Position numbers and translations under genes: made by a program. Positions 14,826 through 21,585 of a stretch of 21,585 nt of DNA are shown here, one piece after another (the first letter of the stretch is position 1; every line of letters starts with the position of its first letter). The stretch spans positions 62,001 through 83,585 of the forward strand of contig JBPGPT010000052.1 of assembly GCA_051047955.1 (NCBI GenBank). Reading direction: 5' to 3'. The stretch is from Cystobasidiomycetes sp. EMM_F5. Lineage: Eukaryota. The notes under the pieces are model-generated. The model did no database searches and was not told the origin of the DNA. It saw only the letters and a list, made by a program, of their open reading frames with translations.

Positions 14826-16661
14826 CTATGACGGCAGACTCGTATCGCCTGAGCTCAGCGTAATGGCTCGTGGAGCAGGCTCATTGGTGCGCTTTGCCGT
14901 CATGGGTCCAGCCGAACGATGTAATAGAAATGTCTCCCACGCTGTGTAGATGGTTTGATAGGGTCCATAGTAGGAGGCTTTGGTCCAGGAATGCGACCAG
15001 TGCACTTCGCTTGCCACGGTGTGGAAATTCTCTGGGTACCGCGCTCGTTAGCTATCAGATTAGTATCGCAGGAAGTCGTCACTCACTGCTCATTTCGCCA
15101 CGAACACGTAAGTAATCCGCAGTTCTGTCGGTGAGAACGGCCTTGGCGCCCCATTTCGTTGCCTGAATCATCTCGCTGCGCTCATTCACAGTCCAAACGT
15201 ACAAATCTTTGCCTGCCTGCCTGCAGGCTGCGCGAAAGGCCTCGCCGTCTTTGCTTACGAGAGATGCGTAATTGAGGGAGAACGCAGAGCAGGCAGCCCA
15301 AAAGTACTTGCGTGCAATGTCCGGCGACACGCCAATGTGGGCAAGTCGGCAGTACGGCAGAAGCCGCTGAGCTGGCTCGATATATTTGACATGCCAAAGG
15401 CCTGCATGACAGGCACGTCAGAATCAAACCATGCATATGCTCTGACAAGTATGCAGCCTACCGAGTATAAGACGAGGGGCGAGTTGTGCTTGCCAATCTG
15501 GATACGCCGATACAATGCTATCAATGCGCTGGAATAGATCATCTGGCTCGTTATCGAGCTTGACATCGATATTGAGCAGGACGTGGCTGTTTGCTGGTAC
15601 CATCAACAGGTCAAGGAGATCGACCAGTGTGCAGATGCGCTGAGCAGGTAGCTTGGTGGCTGTACGAACATTGCGTCAGAAGTGGTGTAGCTTGTAATGC
15701 GGCCCGAGAAATGTGAACTGACTGCGTAGTTGATCGATACCATCCTTGTACTTCTGCTTGGCGATCAGACCTTTACCGTTGGTGGTGCGATTCAGGTAAG
15801 CATCGTGAAACATCACGATTGTGCCGTCCAAGGAGATGTGGACGTCTGAGTGCAGCCGCTAAATTTGTCATCATCGGAAATTGTGTCTATACAATCAACG
15901 AACCGCTTTCAATGCCCTGTGAAACGAAAAAGTTTAGTTTTGCAGTGATGCGCTAGCAGCTGTGCTGTCGCTCACATCTGCTCCATCCAGAATGGCTTGC
16001 TGGAACGATGCAAGGGTGTTTCTGACACAGAAGGGGAATTAGTTGCGGCAGAAGTGCTTCTATCGAGCAATAACTGACTCTGGGTAAGCTGCAGAGGCCT
16101 GGTAGTGGAGATACGCAGATGAGGGAGTGAATGTCAGCAAATCCATCGGAACTGTTTGTTGGCTCATTAGGGGTCCAGGCTTTACGCGCCACTGCAAGCG
16201 AGCGATTGAGTACGCGCATTGCGCTTGGACGCGTAGTGTGGGATACGAGAGAGTGGCATGGATTTTGGTTGTGGATGTGTCACTCACGCCTCGATGTCCC
16301 CCTGCGAACAGCGATAGCGGATTCCAGTTTGCAGCCGAATGATAAGGCACAATCAGCGAATTGGGTGGGCTGATGGAAACTGCAGGGTTTCCCTACAGCA
16401 CTGCGGGAGCTGCTTTATATCTACGACATCTGCGTCAGTCCCGTCCAGAGGGCGCGTTGCAGCAAACTCGGGGGATGTGTTGGGCGACGAACTGGCCGAC
16501 GACGAGGATGAAGAGGAGGACGAAGCGGGGGCCGGCGGCGCTTTGAGCGAGCCTGAGCCTGAAGTCTTGGTCGACGACGTGTCCTCGTATCCGAAGCTGT
16601 TGTACAAGCGTCGCAGGAAGGGCTTTGACGCCGGAGTGCCCGATATCGCGTTTGAAGCCAT
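14826..16661 (-). CDS. Glycerophosphodiester phosphodiesterase (GDPD) family, PGC1-like phosphatidylglycerol phospholipase C, ~399 aa
   Basis: Exons 16661-16397, 16301-16288, 16098-16079, 16021-15976, 15916-15904, 15845-15723, 15659-15462, 15401-15087, 15031-14826. Splicing rebuilds PQCWGHRGASAAYPENTLASFQQAILDGADGIESDVHISLDGTIVMFHD..L.RTT, NIDVK, RLILGLWH, LYVWTVN and AVLTD. The start codon is less certain. Confidence 0.9.
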
Positions 16662-17078
16662 TGAGCGATGCAAGCGAGCGGGTCTTTCGCAGACACGCCG
16701 AGTGTTATCCAGTAACCAAACGGTGGACAGAGTCTGCGCCGTTTGCGTCCAAGTTGTGTTGTTTTCTGGGAAATCCAGTTTGCGACAGTCTACACGTTGC
16801 AGCCGAAGCGAACGTGCCACGGAGGCGAGTTTGAAAACACCAGAGTCCCCGGCCAGAATGCAGCTGATAAGCGGGTACGCCAATGTCCGCCAATAGGGTT
16901 AACGAGCAAATGTCGATGCAAACGCAAAAGACTCGTCTTGACCGCGCGTTGCCGACATTCTGCTCGTCTAGATGTTATTTGCCACAGCTCAAACACCGCC
17001 ATGCGCTTCGCCTAAATTGACCTGGACACGGACAGGTATACCTCAAGTACCCCGATGGCTAAACGACCCAATGACTCG

Positions 17079-18584
17079 CTACACGTCGTCTGTATTACCC
17101 CGCCGTCGACTGACGAGCCCCGCGCTGACCCCGCTCGCTCCCGCACTGCTGATGCCTGCAGGGCTCGCACTTCGAGGCAGACTCGAGCTCGAACCGCTCA
17201 CACTTCTGATTGTTGACGGGCCTTCTGTGTCTGATGCGGAGATATGAGCGTCCTGTACTGAGCCAGCCACGCGAAATTGAAGGGGGGGAGGCGACCCACC
17301 TCGGCTGGGTAAGCTAATGCGTGGAGGAGACTCGTGCGATGCGTCGCCGTTGCTCAGACCCCCGATCGGACTGGTATGACTGCTCGGAGGAGATGTGATG
17401 GAGCGCTTCAGGCCTGAAGGTGGCTGCCGCAGTTGCGGTGATTTGCGAAGCAGACTACTCGCTTCTCCGAACCGGTTGCTGAAGGGCGTTTGCGGACTCA
17501 GGCTCGACGGGTCGTAGCCCACACCATGCGAGCCAGATATTGACATTATCGGACTTGGAGGTGCCTGACTACTCGACCAGCTCGATCCATCCCCAAATGG
17601 CGATGGACTTGTTTGCCCATACAAGCTGGGTGAGGGCGGAGCGGACACACGCGGCGATGCAATCAGTCCCTCTCTCTGTGACCGCGAAGATCGTGCGGTC
17701 CCCCGTCCAATACGCGGAATGAGCGAGAGCAGCGGATCTAAAGCTACCTTGAGAATGGATGAGCGGTGTCCAACGGGTGGAAGAATGAGTGGCACGCCCT
17801 GACCCGAAGTAATGAGTGGGCTAGAAGTCGAAGCTGAATTGGACTTGGTTTGAGGTGTCTGCTCGCCTAGTGAAGGCAGTACATTGTCATTTGCACTCAA
17901 GCTTAGAAAGAGAAAGAACGGCACGAGCCATACGCAAACGCCAAAAAATGTGGCCACGTCCATGAATGTGAGGTCTCCGTGGCTGTTTGCTCGCACATCT
18001 GCTCCGTATCGCGGACCCCTGTAACTGGCCGGTCGATGCCGTGGGGCATACGCAGAATTGCCAGTCTCCTTGGCGCGATTAGAGAAGTAGAAGAACCACG
18101 CAAAATGATCGAGGATGACCAACACGCAAGACGCGACAAATGTGAGATTGGACAGGGAGATGAATGGCCAGGTCTTGCTGAAATTTTGAAGGTACGCTAG
18201 ATGACACAGCACACCGAAAAGCGCCAAATGGACGGGAAGCCTGTCGAATATGCACAGCAGTACGTGTAGTATGCAGACAGCCTGGAGAGGAGAAGGCGTG
18301 ACCCTGTTTAGAGAGTGTGCCGTCGATATCGGGGCAATACTTTTCTCACGTAAATGACACGTTGCCCGACCAGTTTCGCCAAACGCGAATGCTCTTCGAC
18401 CAATTCCGCAATGTAGAGTAGTCCGGATGCTAAGAGAGGAGCCACTGATCAGTTGATGTACTTCAGAGTTCGCCGTGCTCTGAAAGCCAGAGCTGCTTCA
18501 ATCGGACATACCTAAACTCAAAGTGACGAAAAGAAAGGCGACAGCTCCAGCAAGGTAGGAGCACGCATGGAGTAGGGAGAACAT
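17079..18584 (-). CDS. SVP26: Svp26/TEX261-family ER-Golgi cargo adaptor with long S/P-rich tail, ~451 aa
   Basis: Exons 18584-18512, 18429-18350, 18281-17079. Translation: AFLFVTLSL|ASGLLYIAELVEEHSRLAK...WPFISLS...DHFAWFFYF...VATFFGVCVWLVPFFLFLSLSANDNVLP, matching the family pattern. Confidence 0.9.
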
Positions 18585-18866
18585 ATGAGAGTATCACAGC
18601 GCTGGCCGGCGCGTAGATATGTGTTTGGGAAACGAAAGTGGGCCAGCTGCTCCTGATGAATGGCCTTGCGACGTTTGCCCAGCCAAGTGACCCACGAAGC
18701 CACTTCTGGCGCGTCACGGACAGCGAGGGTCGTGAAATACCAGCCAGCCGTAGAATCCGCAGCGTTGGGAAGAGGTTTGCCCGAAGTTGGGTTGGCGGAA
18801 CATCGACATGACGATTGCGATTGGAAACATGGCTTGGACAGAAACCAAATTGTCGAATCGTACAAA
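18585..18866. promoter_or_regulatory. Probable bidirectional promoter region (SVP26 / DID2)
   Basis: 282 bp between the divergent ATGs at 18584 (-) and 18867 (+). Confidence 0.55.
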
Positions 18867-19629
18867 ATGAGTGCGCTGGACAGTGAGCAGCATGACATTC
18901 GGAAACATATGACCATTACCGTCGACGACGTTCTGAGTTTTCACCCACCTTCGTAGACTCGCTCTTTTCCCTCAAGTTTACTGCCAAACAGCTATCCAAG
19001 CAGTCGTCCAAGGCCGCAAAGGACGAGCAGAAGGCACTGGAGCAGCTGAAGAAAGCGCTATCCAAGAACAACAACGATGGAGCTAGAATATATGCCGAGA
19101 CTGCCATTCGCAAAAAGACGGAATCGCTAAACCTCCTGCGGCTGGCGTCTCGGATAGACGCCGTGTCGTCCAGAGTCCAGACGGCAGTTACTATGCGAGC
19201 CGTGACCGGGAGTATGGGGAAAGTCGTTCAGGGAATGGATGTCGCTATGCGAACGATGGATCTGGAAAAGATGAGCGCCGTCATGGACAAGTTCGAACAG
19301 CAGTTTGCCGATCTCGACGTGCAGACTGGCTATATGGAGGACACTATGCGAGATACGACAGCTGTATCAATGCCACAAGATCAGGTTGACCTGCTGATGC
19401 AAAAGGTAGGTCTGTCTCTGCATGGGAGTGTTGCAGTGTTGGCTGAACAGTCTGTTAAACATAGGTTGCTGATGAAGCGGGCATCGAACGCAACCATTCG
19501 CTGGCCGAACAGTCTGTATCTGCAGACACTGTCTCGGAGCTCAGCGAATCTCCGTTGAAGTCGCAAGTGAGAGAAGAGGATCGGCAATTGAGCGATAGAT
19601 TACGGGCCTTGCGACCGCAAACGACATAA
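18867..19629 (+). CDS. DID2: ESCRT-III-associated protein Did2/Vps46 (CHMP1, Snf7 family), ~209 aa
   Basis: Exons 18867-18882, 18957-19405, 19465-19629. Translation: [18 protein letters not shown]...[12 protein letters not shown]...[21 protein letters not shown]...[15 protein letters not shown]...LMQK|VADEAG...LSDRLRALR. The final motif fits the C-terminal MIT-interacting motif MIM1. Confidence 0.96.
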
Positions 19630-19896
19630 GCGGCGATGCACACACTGGAGGCGCAAATCCCACACCGGCCATGCAGGAGGTGTACCCCCCTGCAGCTAGA
19701 TTCCACACTATGTAGCCAAGGACTTGCAAATGTTGTTGTTAGATTGCCGACTGTCTGACGGCTTAGCTGGTGGACGAAGAGTCACGCCGACCAATGACCT
19801 CCTCATACACACGACCAACGGAACGTAGCACTTTACACGTTGCACTATGCGCACCACTTGCGACCAAGTGAAATAACACAGTCGTGGTGGTCGCTG

Positions 19897-19980
19897 ATCC
19901 CCCAAACTGGACGACGGGCGATACATCAACTGGCGAAGAATATGCCGCCATATTATCGGAATGACGGCGTGCAAATGCGT
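19897..19980 (+). pseudogene. Possible copia Gag N-terminal remnant
   Basis: With two assumed single-base frameshifts it reads I-PKLDDGRYINW-AKNMPPYYRNDGV, resembling the copia Gag start IPKLxxxNYxxWxxxMxAYLxxxGxW. It is on the same strand as, and upstream of, the knuckle and protease remnants. Confidence 0.4.
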
Positions 19981-20860
19981 AAAGCCGCACAGCGGCAACG
20001 GACGCACGGACGAATGCGCGCACGAACCCACAGTTGAATCCGACGAATCGTCTGTTTCGACTGTGCACGCATTTACACGGTTTGACAGACAAATCGCGCG
20101 GACGAATGACAGGCCTGCTAATGGTGCAGCATCAGGTCTCTTCCTTGATACAGGTTGCTGTGCCGGATCTACTCTGAGGCTTTCCACAGTCGCGTCAACG
20201 CAGCACGACGGAAAGAAAGCCCGTTGCGGCCTGCAACCTTTACGCACGACGATCTGTAGGATGAGCTTTATAAAAATCATGGCATCCATCCGCAATCTGC
20301 CAGTTTCGACATGCTCGGATCCAACCTTCTGTTCTCTGGCACGGCCACCCTTATAGGCGTCCGCGATGCCTCCATGCCAAAGACCTTGAGAACGGTGAAA
20401 CTTCGCAGAGGCTATAACGTCTCAAGACTCCTTACGCACATCAGCAGTCGTTACCGGTCCAGCCTCTCCACGAACAACCTTCCTAGCTCTTTTTGTTTTC
20501 ATTGCGTAAATATTTACTTGATTAGCACGGTGCAAACATCATCCGACCAGCTCTTTGCGCCTTTGTGCCACACCTAGGGCGCGGTTTCATAGCAGTTTTT
20601 TCCACAGTTCCTTGTCTTGCGCAGGATATGCCTGGGAGTCGCGTTGCCTTTCTCAAATGCCTTGTGAATTTGTATGCAGTTTGCCTCTACTCAAGCTGGC
20701 TCAAGCAAGGCTTGAATTTGCCAGCGTAAGTTCTAAAATTATAGCGACAATCAAGCAAAAGAGGCCGGACAAACGTCTACGCTGATGTCGTGCCTTTTCG
20801 GGATTTTGCTTGACTTGCGCCTCACACTTCGCTTTGGCTCGCGATGTTCTTGCTCGCACG

Positions 20861-21308
20861 GTCCCGAATTTTTTTTATGACATAAGCATCGGCAGCCGTC
20901 AGAGTCCCATTGTCCGCGTTGACAAAGCTGTGTGCATATTGAAAAACAGATACACCGGATTGTGAAGCCATCAAGAGACTCGCTGCAGAACGCAAAGACG
21001 AGCGCAGAAATAATTGCAACCATCGCAAAAGCCATTCTGCCAAAATTAAGGCGTACGCGATGCTTTTATCGCTAAAGACCTCGAAAACGATAACATTTCG
21101 CGAAATGCCATGATGTCCCGGGAATCCTCACGCAAATCGGCTTCGGCAGCGGTCACCGTGTCATCGTCTGCACTTACAGACTGGTGCGCCTACGACCAAA
21201 CGGATACCCACAACACGCCGGACTGCGAAGCGATTAGAAGACTGGCTGCAGAACGAAAAGACAAGCGCAAATAATTGCAGCAAGCGCAAGGGCCAATCTG
21301 CGAACATT
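20861..21308 (+). repeat. Two diverged direct copies (~190 bp; ~20861-21047 and ~21115-21308)
   Basis: Example alignment: gctgcagaacgcaaagacgagcgcagaaataattgcaac versus gctgcagaacgaaaagacaagcgca--aataattgcagc. Translations ASAAVRVPLSALTKLCAY*KTD---TPDCEAIKRLAAERKD and ASAAVTVSSSALTDWCAYDQTDTHNTPDCEAIRRLAAERKD. Confidence 0.9.
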
Positions 21309-21420
21309 GCCAACGTCTTCTTCTCGCGACGTCCAGCCGCTACCTCTCATATGACACCACATCGGTCATACTTTGTAGGGTGTTGCTGTAGTTGTGTATC
21401 CGTTTGTGTAGCCCCTTTGG
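20861..21420 (+). mobile_element. Degenerate Ty1/copia-like LTR retrotransposon relic (Gag zinc knuckle plus aspartic protease remnant)
   Basis: 21182-21226 translates WCAYDQTDTHNTPDC, which has C-x2-[C/H]-x4-H-x4-C spacing with the second ligand mutated. After a frameshift come SANIANV and AATSHMTPHRSYF (21336-21374), resembling the copia protease motif DSGATSHMTPHRxxF. In-frame stops and frameshifts are present. No LTR, PBS, integrase or RT was seen. Confidence 0.72.
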
Positions 21421-21585
21421 TATTTATCTACACCGTCATCTAAACCATCGGTGTTAATTCGTCTCATTCACTAAATTCCCAGCAGACCTATGCACTGTCC
21501 CCGAGGCCATTGTTTTACAGCACCGTTTTTCTTCAAATTTTGAGCTGATGAATTGATGAGGAGACAACAGCTGACGACTAATTTA

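Noticed and set aside
19730..19890. TGTTG as a possible LTR start, and a possible primer-binding site
   Set aside because: No second LTR copy, terminal inverted repeat, target-site duplication or tRNA-complementary PBS was found.
19708..20356. Overlapping ORFs of 109-195 aa on both strands
   Set aside because: No recognisable domain, C/R-rich composition typical of non-coding frames, and no coherent exon structure.
20751..21043. Minus-strand ORFs resembling a small Cys-rich secreted protein (MAFAMVAIISALVFAFC...) and an overlapping 73-aa ORF
   Set aside because: They are antisense to the Gag-like repeat. The paralogous copy breaks these frames, while the + frame gives recognisable knuckle and protease motifs.
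21234..21350. 38-aa minus-strand ORF with a hydrophobic C-terminus (MRGSGW...LALALAAIICACLFVLQPVF)
   Set aside because: Its hydrophobicity is the expected antisense mirror of a K/R-rich + strand frame, and it has no independent support.

Overview
Compact, intron-rich fungal DNA. Short GT-AG introns of about 55-120 nt with CTRAY-like branch sites and the gene content point to a basidiomycete; this taxon call is inference. I spliced nine protein-coding genes by hand, and each model closes in frame. In order: a 5'-truncated LUFS-domain Flo8/Som1-like glutamine-rich transcription regulator (+), Vps68 (-), calcineurin B (+), Arl2 GTPase (-), a YOR1-type ABCC transporter (-), a short-chain dehydrogenase (-), a micro-exon-rich PGC1-like glycerophosphodiester phosphodiesterase (-), Svp26/TEX261 (-) and the ESCRT-III protein Did2/CHMP1 (+). 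The last ~2 kb has no credible gene in the ORF track but holds a decayed Ty1/copia-type retrotransposon relic on the + strand: two adjacent diverged copies of a Gag zinc-knuckle region, a protease-motif remnant and a possible Gag N-terminal remnant. I found no convincing novel multi-gene system. The most notable items are the duplicated retroelement relic and several unusual splicing architectures.
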